Shown: one piece after another, positions 1 to 15,623 of the stretch | Position numbering within the stretch: the first letter of the stretch is position 1 | Layout of the letters: the number at the start of each line of letters is the position of its first letter | Assembly (NCBI GenBank): GCA_964016885.1 | Contig: OZ024746.1 | Span: 26,660,001-26,724,000 of the forward strand | From: Eledone cirrhosa | Lineage: Eukaryota | Length of the DNA: 64,000 bases | Reading direction: 5' to 3' | Position numbers and translations under genes: made by a program | The notes under the pieces: generated by a model | The model's input: the letters and a program-made list of their open reading frames with translations, nothing else | What the model was told of the DNA's origin: nothing | Databases searched by the model: none

Positions 1-1255
<1,255 letters not shown>

Positions 1256-1314
1256 CCATAGTTTACTATTTAGATGAGAATAGATTTACTTTCAGTTGTA
1301 GAGACCGGCGTATC

Positions 1315-1322
1315 TATTTATA
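1315..1322 (-). promoter_or_regulatory. TATA box of gene copy A (equivalents at 13446-13453, 32889-32896, 45537-45544, 57442-57449)
   Basis: TATAAATA on the minus strand ~60 nt upstream of the exon-1 ATG, present in all five copies. Confidence 0.6.
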
Positions 1323-1586
1323 ATCCCAATTTTAGTAGGAGAGATAAAAGTAGAGGGGGAGAAAGACGGAGTGAGAGAATGGTGAAAGAAAAAAATAGAA
1401 AATTAAGTGAGAGGGAGAGGGGGAGAGAGAGGCGGCGGGAGAGAGTGAAAGTAATATGTAGGATGGAGGACGTGTGAGTGGAGGGAGGAGGAGAGAGTAG
1501 TTAATTGTAACAATGAATAACTATTTTTATCTTAATTTTAGGTCAAAAGTCTATTTTACTTTATTTCATTGATGGGAAACATTTAT

Positions 1587-1595
1587 TTCGTAGAA
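1587..1595. promoter_or_regulatory. STAT/GAS-type palindrome TTCGTAGAA upstream of the gene (also 13718-13726, 33162-33170, 45810-45818, 57715-57723)
   Basis: Matches TTC-N3-GAA, ~270 nt upstream of the TATA box. A short motif in AT-rich DNA, and the copies are not independent evidence. Confidence 0.3.
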
Positions 1596-2221
1596 GTGTC
1601 ATTTTAAACATTTAGAATCACACACAAACACAAATCTTGGTTTTATATATATTATGTTTCTCTCAGTGCCAAAACTTCCAACAAAGATTTTGATGCTAAG
1701 AAGTAAATGCTATTTATGTTAAAAGATTTGTGTTTTTCATATTGTAATATTTTCAATCTCTTCCATAACCTCCGCTGAGAAAATACCACAATTCTTGGAA
1801 TATGCAACACTTTCATTATGAAACATAAGACGGAAGTGTTACAATACATGTGACCTCCTACACAGCATCACACTGTCATAGTAATAGTAAAATATATGTC
1901 AGTTTCCATAAACGCTGAAACATAACCGAAAGTAAACAATTATCATTTAGTAAATATAGAATATTAAAGAGGTTATATTTTATATTACGTGCATGTGGTT
2001 AGAATGTCTGAAGAATGAATCAATGGACAGATTTGACGGACAAAACCAACTGGCAGGGTACCCTGGGTGCAACCCGAGTAAGACGGTAGGGTAAAATACA
2101 TGAGATCGGCTGGTCTAAATTGAGTATCCAGCCAGATCAAATATTGATTAAATAGATCATCAATAGTTTTGGAGGATTGGGGGTCATCCTTCTCTCTCCG
2201 TATTACATGAGTTATAATTTA

Positions 2222-2685
2222 TAGGTCTGTTAATTTTCTCCAGTGTATAGGTGTGGTGATTTTCTCCAGTCTATAGGTGTGGTGATTTTCTCCTGTCTAT
2301 AGGTATGGTGATTTTCTCCAGTCTATAGGTGTGGTGATCTTCTCCAGTCTATAGGTGTGGTGATTTTCTCCAGTCTATAGGTGTGGAGATTTTCTCCTGT
2401 CTATAGGTATGGTGATTTTCTCCAGTCTATATGTGTGGTGATCTTCTCCAGTCTATAGGTGTGGTGATTTTCTCCAGTCTATAGGTGTGGTGATTTTCTC
2501 CAGTCTCTAGGTGTCGGGGATTTTCTCCTGTCTATAGGTGTGGTGATTTTCTCCAGTCTATAGGTGTGGTTATTTTCTCCTGTCTATAGGTATGGTGATT
2601 TTCTCCAGTCTATAGGTGTGGTTATTTTCTCCTGTCTATAGGTGTGGTGATTTTCTCCAGTCTATAGGTGTCGGGGATTTTCTTC
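2222..2685. repeat. 26-bp minisatellite GGTGTGGTGATTTTCTCCAGTCTATA (~18 copies)
   Basis: Direct tandem repeats with variant units. Confidence 0.95.
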
Positions 2686-3135
2686 AAGATTTGTAAGCCG
2701 TATATTTAGTTTGACTTAGTACAATATTTCTATGAGTGAACTACTTGAGTGTCTGGTTGATGTGTTAATGTTACTACAATAGAAATAATTACCTATAGGA
2801 AAATAATAATAGTATGCACAGTTCATTACTGGTATCTTTGGATCAACACATCTATCAACAAATCTACCAACTAATCTATCAGATGTCACGATAAATCTCT
2901 GGTCAAAATATTTACCATTAATCACTTGTTTGTACACTTCTCTTTTATTTTAAACCTATTCATCGTGTTGGAGTTCTTCAGGTTGGTTCCTTCCAATCCT
3001 TTGGAACACATAATAATTGATTGTGTACACCTGTCTTCAGAGAATCTTGCAACAATTTAGTAATCAAAATTCAATATATATATATATATAGTGACGAAAC
3101 ATAAGTCAATTGCATGAACTCATAATCCTTTATTT

Positions 3136-3191
3136 ACTGCTATATATATTTCGATGATAGCCATTGAATGGCTATGACCTCATCGGGCAGT
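3136..3191 (-). ncRNA. Type I hammerhead ribozyme, family A, core variant CCGATGA (probably impaired)
   Basis: ACTGC-CCGATGA-GGTCATAGCCATTCAATGGCTATCATC-GAAA-TATATA-TA-GCAGT; element ~3091-3255 between (TA)n tracts. Confidence 0.7.
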
Positions 3192-4374
3192 TAGTCAGTT
3201 CTTAGATATGCCAGCTCTGTGTTTATAGTGTTGATGGTATCAGAGCCTTGGGACATATATATATATATGGTAGGGGGGGTGTAGGCATGATTCTCATGTT
3301 GAATACAGAAAATATTTATGCATCAGTCATGTAATAAGAAATGATACTAATAATTACTCCTGACAGAAATCTAAGAGAAAACATTCAAGGAAAAAAGGTG
3401 TAGCTAATCAAAATGACTTCAGTACATCACAGGTGTTATTTTATTGATTTTCGATGATTTGAAATCAAACCTTAATGACATAACTAATTAACGTGAATCT
3501 AACATCTAACCTAATGATAATTGTTTATATTAATATCATTTTTTGCATAGACACAATAGCACAAAGCATAATCTATTATATCTATTTTGGTACAATATGC
3601 TATATTATCTATTATATCTACTTTGGTACAGTATGCTATATTATGTTCTCGTCATTATTATTGTTTGTGTCATGGCTTCAGTTTATGGTTTCTATGGCTT
3701 TAGTTTATGTTTTTTTTCATCAGAATCCGGCATATTTGGGGACAAATCAGTGTCAACCAGGACACATTAATAAGCCGGATGGAATAACGTGACTGATCAT
3801 ACAAACTGAGGTAATCCCGGTCACAACAGGAAATACAGTCTGTCTATCCACATACATTTATACATATAAACTGATCTCCATTCCTTTTACTGTAACACAA
3901 CTAATATGTGGCTGGGTACTAATGTTAAACATTACTATTATTATTCGGATCCGGCTATCAGCTGAGTTTATCATAAAGACTGCCCCACCGCCCTTTTTAA
4001 CCAGGAACGGTAGGCAGTTTTTATCTGCCTAGTGGCCATGGTGATAGAGATCATATGTTTTTAGGATTCACTTGAAAAGGAAAATCAGGGTGGAGAGGGA
4101 AGTGCTGATTTCCAGCCAGTTTATTGAAAGATGGGTGAGAGATGTAATAATGGCCCGTGTGAATGTGTCTGCCCTGAGCGTGTGCCTGTATTACTGAAGG
4201 AAGACAATGCTTGCCTTAACAGTCTGGGTGACCTTGGCTTATGTAGGCTTTCTCCACATGTACCCATTGGAGTCTCCTCGCCTTTGGGGATTTATGTTTG
4301 TTGTTTTAAATGTTTATTGCGTTAATATCTGTTATAAATATTATTTTACACAAAAAAATCTACAAGAAAGCATT

Positions 4375-4480
4375 TGGGAGTACCGGTAGAGCGTAGAGTT
4401 AAGTCCCTTTACATTCTGAGTTCAAATCCCGCCGCGGTTAACTTTGCCTTTCTTCCTTACGGGGTCGATAAAATAAAGCA
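4375..4480 (+). mobile_element. tRNA-derived SINE fragment, octopus-type (also ~16772-16876, 36115-36220, 48502-48606, 60668-60772)
   Basis: B-box-like GAGTTCAAATCCC followed by GCCGCGGTTAACTTTGCCTTTCTTCCTTACGGGGTCGATAAAATAAAG, resembling the abundant cephalopod SINE as recalled. Confidence 0.7.
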
Positions 4481-5273
4481 GCAATTTAAACATTCATACC
4501 TGATATACATAAACAAAATATTATCTTGCTTCACACCCACCCGCACACACACATACACATATGTGTGTGTGTGTCTGTCTGTGTGTGTGTAAATAAACAA
4601 CCAGGATTAAATTAAATCATTTAATATTTTACGAATGATACATAAAAGAAAAGAATGAAACTAAATGTAGTTGAAATAGATGTTGATAAATGTAAAAGTT
4701 TGTGTTTACAAATGTTTAATTGTTCTTTTCAAGTGGCTTGGGAAATACACTATTGAGGCAATAATTTCTTCGTTATTTTGATAGATAGATTTATTTATTT
4801 ATTTTGATAGATAGTAACCGGATACTACTAATAAACTTACATTAATATATTGCCATTTATACATAATCAATCATTAATTAATACACATTGCCTTCAATTA
4901 ACAAAGTATTTATGACAAACTTATAAAATATGCAATATTTGAAAATATCGGATTGAAAATATGTAAAAATATAGCCCCGACATAAAATTTTATGAGGAAC
5001 ATCAAATTAAGCCCTGTACTTAATCAGCCATTAAATTTATTCTTCTCAATATTTTACTAAACTTTTAGACACATTCAATTTTTTCCAAACATCAGTTGTT
5101 AAAATGTTACCCAAACACACATGGTACTGTTTCGAAAATTACTTTTGAATTATATTTGTATACACAGATAATTAAGACTTTACAAAATGAAGTGTTCAAA
5201 AACTATTTTTTTTTTACTTTCTCTCTCTCATACTCTCACTCTCGACACAAACACATACATTCATGCAGACACA

Positions 5274-5384
<111 letters not shown>

Positions 5385-5416
5385 TAAGATCAAAAGATGG
5401 TTAAATGTGTTCCATG

Positions 5417-5487
5417 TATTTTATTATGCGCATTTCAAAGACAAATATCATCATGCAATAACATTTGTGTTTTCATCAGATAAAATA
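5417..5487 (-). ncRNA. Type I hammerhead ribozyme, family B
   Basis: Minus strand TATTTTAT-CTGATGA-AAACACAAATGTTATTGCATGATGATATTTGTCTTT-GAAA-TGCGCA-TA-ATAAAATA. 8-bp stem I, long stem II, palindromic stem III ATGCGCAT. Element ~5386-5567 between (TA)n tracts. Confidence 0.8.
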
Positions 5488-5564
5488 GGAGGACATGATA
5501 TGCAGGTTAAAAACACTTGTGGATAGTGCAGTTTTAATATCGTACTACAATAAAACTCACCTCC

Positions 5565-5613
<49 letters not shown>

Positions 5614-6087
5614 TTACATATATATATTTATATATATATACATTTACATATATATATATATATATATATATGGTAAAACCCAGATAGACCATAACCCACC
5701 AGAGTACTTGATATTTGGGGTAGTAGAGTGGGTAACATGAAAAGATTCAGGACCCCGACGGCTGAACTCCGGCCGTTTCGACAGCTAGATCAAAACTAAA
5801 GCGCCAGTAGTCGTGATTAAGGAAGTGGTTTTTATACCGGCTCTCTCACATACCCACATATCTCCAGGATTCGTTTCTTGATATTGATTCAATGAAGAGA
5901 CCTCAGATCGTAAATTATCGCTGGGTTGATGCATTTTTGATCCTGCGGTCATGACTCCGATTATTTACAAGAACATTCAATTTACCAATTCATTTACTTC
6001 GGCACAGGTTGAAAGAGTTGTCCCTCCGGCCCACGAAACGTACGACTCTCGTATGGCGCCATTGTAGTAACAATAAATGTAGAAGAA

Positions 6088-6628
6088 TATTGTAGGAGAA
6101 ATTTTCACAGTTGGGGAGGTGACATTCAGTGTTCTACAATCATGTAGTTGCTGCTAAATGAGAGTTTACAATATTCTTTGTTTATTTTTGTAGTAATTGG
6201 GAAATTCCTACACTATAACCATATCTATAGTCAATTGCTCTCCATAACTGACCATCTCTTCATCAATTTAGCTATTATTTATCTTGAAATTCATTATGAA
6301 ATCTGTCTATAAATTTATTTACACAGTGGCGTATGATTTCGCGAAGATTTAGTTCCTGCTTCTGTGTAGAAATCCCCAATATACCTAATTTAAATATTTA
6401 TCACTGATCCAGAATGTAATTATTCTCTTAAAATATAATAAAATATTTCTGGTTTTAATTACTGATGAAGTTTAAATATTTCCTTGTTTAATTAATAGAA
6501 TCTTTAAACCTTTTTTTCTCCTCCAGATTGGCAATATACATTGGTTTTATACATCTCAACATGGATGACATTGATATATATTCTTTTATTTTCAGATATT
6601 CCAGTTGTTTTCAAAAGTCCAAAACAAG
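6088..6628 (+). pseudogene. Inverted, internally deleted fragment of the cytokine-like gene (also ~25631-26170, 37973-38658, 50161-50700, 62487-63172)
   Basis: 6088-6575 is the diverged reverse complement of ~62-530 (intron 1 and start of exon 2). 6572-6628 is the reverse complement of ~10808-10863 (intron 4 acceptor and start of exon 5). Confidence 0.85.
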
Positions 6629-6795
6629 TAATACCCTCAGCGCTCCCAATCCTATTTCCAGAGAGACCTGCCTACACGCAAGTTGTAAATAATATATAAC
6701 AAATAAAATAGTTAATTTTTATATAATAAAATAATGTAATATATTCTATGTATAAATAAATATTATATATTTTTTATTTTACTATATTGATATAT

Positions 6796-7665
6796 ATTGT
6801 TATACTTGGGGAGGGTCATATTTGTGTAATATTGCCAGAATTAATAATAGAACACACTTACTGTTGGGTTGGTTTTCGCTTTTCACTTCTGTGTCTTTTA
6901 TATCGGTAATTTAATTTATTCGGTCCTCGATGTTGCCATTCACTGACCAACAGTCAAAAATAATACAGATACAATATAGACACAAACACATATATATAGT
7001 TTATCAAAGTTCTTTCGTTGTACATCTTTAACATCGTCAGTGGTGCTATTGTTTCCTCCCGTTACATTCTATTTTCTACGCCATCTTCATTTAGTCTGTT
7101 TATATATTTATTTATTTGTTTATTTTATTTTGACTTCTTTGCGCATGCGTTTGCGTGTGTGTATAGTGTTTTGTTTGATGTGTGTTCGTGATTGGGTTAC
7201 TGTGTATTGGTTAATGTATTCTATCTTTACTAGTGTGTGTTTATATGTGTTTGTTGTTATTGTGCTTGTGTATGTATTTATTTATTTATTTATCTATTTA
7301 TTTAATTATTTATACTTCTCTTAGGTCAGTGTTGTTTGTTTGGGTGTTGTTATTCCATTCATTCTTTCTGTTTAGCCTCGGCCTTCTAAGATCTATTTCA
7401 CTGGCCTCTCTGATTTGCCTATCTGCTGGGTCATTTCTATGTTTAGATATTATTCTAATTTCTATGTTGTCTATGTTACCGTCGTGTTATCTGGCATGTT
7501 CGTATAGTACTGACCCGTTTTTTCGTCCTTTTAGTTCCCCCCAGTGTTGGTCTATCCTTTCACCTGTGCTACGAGCTGTCTCGCCTATGTATGTTGCTGT
7601 CATGTTTCTGCAAGTACCCTCTGTACATCTTATGCAATAGACTACGTTTCTAGTTTTACAATTTA
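6796..7665 (-). mobile_element. Old 3' fragment (GIY-YIG end + 3' UTR) of the same Penelope-like family (also ~26341-27010, 38826-39695, 50867-51535, 63343-64000)
   Basis: Aligns by eye to 18181-19065 with many substitutions. The copies at 26341 and 50867 share a ~200-bp internal deletion. Confidence 0.9.
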
Positions 7666-7716
7666 TCCGTATAAATTTTATATTTTATATTTTATATACT
7701 ATTATATCATCTCAAT

Positions 7717-8690
7717 CGTCCCCTTAGGCCGAAGCACCCCAGGACCTTCTCAACGCTCCCGGGGTGGGGGCGTTAGCGTCCACTTTAAGAACCTTTGGTT
7801 TATGCGGTGGCATTTTTCCTCTGGTCAGTTCCCCATAAAATAACCGTTTAGGAAGCCCTTCATCTTCCATCCTGCTCAAGTCACCAGCCCAATGCATCTA
7901 GCTCATTATAATCCTTATCTCAATACTGGTGCTACCCGCTTTTCCGGTACAGCAGTATCAGATGTGTAAGAGGACCACTTGATGTTCAGTAAGCGTGGGA
8001 TACAAGATAAATCACAACGAGTGGATTGATGATAATGATGTTGCAATCACCAAGCCTAGTGAAGAGAAAAATAACTTGTATTGAAGTGTCTTGTTGCAGA
8101 TGGTCCAGTGATGATCACTTTTGAGAAGACCTTCAAAGAAAAAAAGTCAAAACTGCCATATAAATTTCTAAGAATGAAGAATAAATTATGGTCTGAAGTT
8201 TCAGCCGAGATTCAGAAAGATTATAACTGCAGAGAATTACAGCACAATAAGTTAAGCTTTTGGCTCAGCGCACTAAAACATGGCACCATTGAAGTAAAGA
8301 GATGGGAAAGCCCTCATCAAAGAGATGGACACAATGAAACTCTAGATTTTGATGGAATACCTGTTGAGCTGATCCGCTTTCGAGGTGACAATGTTGCTAT
8401 GGCCATTCATAGACTAGTCTCAACAGTTTGGGATTGTGAGCCTATCCCGCAAGGCTGGGTAGATGCAAAGTATTTGTGACCTTTATCAAAGCCTTTGATA
8501 CTGTTAATCGTAGTACATTGTGAATCATATTGGGGAAATTTGGATGACGTCACGAATTTGTTGGAATATGCAAAAAATTCCATCAAAATATGAAAACAAA
8601 AGTGAACTTCAACGGGACACTTTCAGAGCCAATTTCAATGGCAAACGGTGTCTAGCAAGGTGGCATTCCTGCACCCACTCTGTTTACCAT
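7717..8690. mobile_element. Decayed RTE-clade LINE fragments in head-to-head orientation (also ~27100-28305, 39762-40967, 51636-52841)
   Basis: Plus strand ~7975-8690 reads DGIPVELIR..IPQGWVDA..(YRSISLL..SKVLLNRL in units 2-4)..KAFDTVNR..ANGV*QGGIPAPTLF. Minus strand ~7717-7970 reads HWAGDLSRMEDEGLPKRLFYGEL, an RTE C-terminus. Contains stops and frameshifts; unit 1 has an additional ~230-bp deletion at ~8468. Confidence 0.8.
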
Positions 8691-9720
8691 CAATGACCAT
8701 ATCTTTCTTAATCGGGTGAAATATTCTCTGGTTACGCGTTCCTTGTCACCGATACCATCATAGGATATATTCTCATCTATCCCTAGGTATCTGTAGCAGT
8801 TCTTGTCACATATCGGTGAAACAATTAAGCTATTGATAAAAATGTTGCTAGATTGGCTTGTAGTTTTTCCCCGTTTTACAATCACATATGAACATTTAGG
8901 ATAAATTCCATTCCTATATCCTTTGAGAATGCCGTGACCAGGTCAAGATTTTTCTTCATCTCATTTATCTTTTTGGCATAGAGTTTCAGGTCATCCACAA
9001 AGAAATTATCGGTTAGGTTCCTATTTCTCTCCTCCTGGGAACCAATGATGTATCCTTCACATTTCTTGAGCAGAAAGGACAAGGGGTTTAATGACAGAAT
9101 AAATAGTAACACAGAGAGAATATACTCCTGTGATATTATATTTCATCCTTCTCCTCTGTTTTTAACTTTAGGATGGTAGCCCAAGAAGAAGATAGGTTCT
9201 CTATGGCTCTGATAATAGTATCTGGGACTATCATCCAAGAGTGGGGAACAGAACTTTCCTGTAGTCCAGCCAGACTGTAACCACATTCTTGCTAAGTTGT
9301 TGCATCTCTCATTCCAGCTGCTTGCTCATCTGTTATGATGTTATTATTGTCGCAGTGATTTTGGAGAAATAGGTTCAAGCAGGCTGCATACATTTTATAC
9401 ATTAGATTCTGGCATGCAACGTGTGGGTAGTTATTTTTTTAATTATAAATGGGTGTCTTTGGGGACCAATATTGTTTGTGTTAATGTCAACACCCCTGGT
9501 ATATGTGCATCTCCCAGGAGGGCTTTCTGGTAGAGGTTGATCATATACATCCGATAGAATGTCAGTTTTTTGTACAAGTAGCTAATAATCAAGTCTCTTC
9601 CTGCTGTTTTATTAGCTTGGAGGTTTCCTATCACAGTCTGAAGGGTATCATCATTTAATCTGTATGGATTTGTTGCAGTGTAGGGGCAGTAGTTCTTTTA
9701 CATTTATAGGTGGAACTAGG
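8690..9720 (-). mobile_element. Decayed R4/Dong-like non-LTR retrotransposon RT fragment (also ~28305-29335, 40967-42000, 52841-53885)
   Basis: NKTAGRDLI..TILVPKD, WLDYRK, LLFILSLNPLSFLL, FFVDDLKLYAK, YRYLGI..EYFTRLRKIWS across broken frames. Confidence 0.75.
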
Positions 9721-10146
9721 ACCAATACAACCGAATTAAGCTGAGGTAATGGTAATTCAAACAATTTAATTTTAATGATACTTCCAAAACTGGCTCCTTG
9801 TCTCATTAGAATTAAAACTGCTAGATCAGCAGTAGGAAATATTTTTATGCCGGTATACACACTTAGAAATTAACTGACATTCAATGAAGCCACAATTTGA
9901 AAAACATATAGTCCCGCTAAAGTTCAAGCCTTTGGAAATATATAATTTCGAATGTAGTTGTTACTTTTCGTAACAATCATAATAAATTGAACAGATTAAC
10001 GTTCAATATAATGAAATCAGCAAGAACGTTCTGCTTCTTTCAGTTGGCAGTAAATATTATTTTGGAAAGTTCGATATAAATATCTCAACCCTGTGTCAGA
10101 GTTTTTTCATGTTTGCCAGACCATAACCAATATTGTTATAGCGAAG

Positions 10147-10152
10147 TTTATT
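10147..10152 (-). terminator. Candidate polyadenylation signal for gene copy B
   Basis: AATAAA on the minus strand ~520 nt after the stop codon; conserved in the other units. Confidence 0.3.
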
Positions 10153-10671
10153 GTGAAATAAACCTTCAATCATATACTGTATATGATATACATTTCAAAG
10201 TATATTATATATATAATATGAATACATTACACATTATAATAAATTATAAACAAACGAAAGTAAGGTTTAAAAAAGTCGAACGTAATATAAATTCAATATC
10301 TTTAATGTTTCAATTAAAAAAATATAAATATAAAAAGTTTATATAACAAATAATTATCTAAAATATAGATATATATTTTACAGTTCCAGTTTGGTGTTAT
10401 CAATAATACCATTTCAGTAGGATTATAAATTTAAAGAAATGATACATAATATTACATAGGATATAAATGTAGAGTTCTCTGTTATATATCAAGCATTACA
10501 GAGAAATTAGATAAAATATTCATATTTCTTAGAAAATATATTTACAAAATTACAACAGTATTTTGAGAATTGAAGCTGAAACACTTCTACATATTTATAA
10601 CGATACACTTGTATCTGAGTGTCTAACTGACAGGGGTACCAAGGAATATTATAGATTGAGCATTAGATATT

Positions 10672-13386
<2,715 letters not shown>

Positions 13387-14439
13387 CCATAGTTTACTAT
13401 TTGGATGAGAATAGATTTACTTTCAGTTGTAGAGACCGGCGTATCTATTTATAATCCCAATTTTAGTAGGAGAGATAAAAGTAGAGGGAGAGAAGGACGG
13501 GGTGAGAGGACGGGAGAGAAAAAAGAGAAAGTTAAGTGAGAGAGAGAGGGGGAGAGGGAGAGGGGGAGGGAGGGAGTGAAAGTAATATGTAGGATGGAGG
13601 ACGTGTGAATGGAGGGAGAAGGAGAGAGTAGTTAAGTGTAACAATGAATAACTACTTTTATCTTAATTTTAGGTCAAAAGTCTATTTTACTTTATTTCAT
13701 TGATGGGAAACATTTATTTCGTAGAAGTGTCATTTTAAACGTTTAGAATCACACACAAACACAAATCTTGGTTTTATATATATTATGTTTCTCTCAGAGC
13801 CAAAACTTCCAACAAAGATTTTGATGCTAAGAAGTAAAGGCTATTTATGTTAAAATATTTGTGTTTTTCATATTGTAATATTTTCAATTTCTTCTGATAA
13901 AGAAATTCGCGTTTAATTTATTGTGTATTGTTTTGTTTTTCTGTTTGTTTTATTGTTTTTTTTTCTTTTATTTTCGATATTCCATAACCTCCGCTGAGAA
14001 AATACCACAATTCTTGGGTTATTTCACACTTTTATTTTGAAACATAAGACGGAAGTGTTACAATACATGTGACCTCCTACACAGCATCACACTGTCATAG
14101 TAATAGTAAAATATATGTCAGTTTCCATAAACGCTGAAACATAACTGAAAGTAAACAATTATCATTTAGTAAATATAGAATATTAAAGAGGTTATATTTT
14201 ATATTACGTGCATGTGGTTAAAATGTCTGAAGAATGAATCAATGGACAGATTTGACGGACAAAACCAACTGGCAGGGTACCCTGGGTGCAACCCGAGTAA
14301 GACGGTAGGGTAAAATACATGAGATCGGCTGGTCTAAATTGAGTATCCAGCCAGATCAAATATTGATTAAATAGATCATCAATAGTTTTGGAGGATTGGG
14401 GGTCATCCTTCTCTCTCCGTATTACATGAGTTATAATTT

Positions 14440-15115
14440 ATAGGTCTGTTAATTTTCTCCAGTGTATAGGTGTGGTGATCTTCTCCAGTCTACAGGTGTG
14501 GTGATTTTCTCCAGTCTATAGGTGTGGTGATTTTCTCCAGTCTATAGGTGTGGTGATTTTCTCCAGTCTATATGTGTGGGGATTTTCTCCAGTCTATAGG
14601 TGTGGTGATTTTCTCCAGTCTATAGGTGTGGTGATTTTCTCCAGTCTATAGGTGTGGTGATTTTCTCCAGTCTATAGGTGTGGTGATTTTCTCCAGTCTA
14701 TAGGTGTGGTGATTTTCTCCAGGCTATAGGTGTGGGGATTTTCTCCAGTCTCTAGATGTCGGTGATTTTCTCCAATCTATAGGTGTGGTGATTTTCTCCT
14801 GTCTATAGGTGTGGTGATTTTCTCCAGTGTATAGGTGTGGTGATCTTCTCCAGTCTATAGGTGTGGTGATTTTCTCCAGTCTATAGGTGTGGTTATTTTC
14901 TCCTGTCTATAGGTGTGGTGATTTTCTCCAGTCTATAGGTGTCGGGGATTTTCTCCTGTCTATAGGTGTGGTGATTTTCTCCAGTCTCTAGGTGTCGGGG
15001 ATTTTCTCCTGTCTATAGGTGTGGTGATTTTCTCCAGTCTATAGGTGTGGTTATTTTCTCCTGTCTATAGGTGTGGTGATTTTCTCCAGTCTATAGGTGT
15101 CGGGGATTTTCTTCA
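14440..15115. repeat. 26-bp minisatellite (~26 copies)
   Basis: Same repeat unit as 2222-2685. Confidence 0.95.
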
Positions 15116-15567
15116 AGATTTGTAAGCCGTATATTTAGTTTGACTTAGTACAATATTTCTATGAGTGAACTACTTGAGTGTCTGGTTGATGTGTTAATGT
15201 TACTACAATAGAAATAATTACCTATAGGAAAATAATAATAGTATGGCACAGTTCATTACTGGTATCTTTGGATCAACACATCTATCAACAAATCTACCAA
15301 CTAATCTATCAGATGTCACGATAAATCTCTGGTCAAAATATTTACCATTAATCACTTGTTTGTACACTTCTCTTTTATTTTAAACCTATTCATCGTGTTG
15401 GAGTTCTTCAGGTTGGTTCCTTCCAATCCTTTGGAACACATAATAATTGATTGTGTACACCTGTCTTCAGAGAATCTTGCAACAATTTAGTAATCACAAT
15501 TCAATATATATATATATATATAGTGACGAAACATAAGTCAATTGCATGAACTCATAATCCTTTATTT

Positions 15568-15623
15568 ACTGCTATATATATTTCGATGATAGCCATTGAA
15601 TGGCTATGACCTCATCGGGCAGT
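15568..15623 (-). ncRNA. Type I hammerhead ribozyme, family A, core variant CCGATGA
   Basis: Same as 3136-3191. Confidence 0.7.

Noticed and set aside
2222-2685. 26-bp repeat as a CRISPR array or C2H2 zinc-finger linker array
   Set aside because: There are no unique spacers and the context is eukaryotic; the period is not a multiple of 3 and there is no CxxC/HxxxH pattern.
3493-3792. Hydrophobic 99-aa and 75-aa ORFs present in all units
   Set aside because: Non-ATG starts, AT-rich sequence with a 36-bp duplication and no recognisable domain; conservation only reflects recent duplication.
4131-4325. Cys-rich 64-aa ORF MGERCNNGPCEC
   Set aside because: Interrupted by a stop in units 3 and 5, lacks a signal peptide, and lies in an unclassified repeat-like segment.
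4375-4480. tRNA gene
   Set aside because: Only a B-box-like motif and no cloverleaf; it matches a SINE body.
10150-10670. AU-rich instability elements in the 3' UTR
   Set aside because: Scattered ATTTA pentamers occur but are not clustered and are expected by chance at this AT content.
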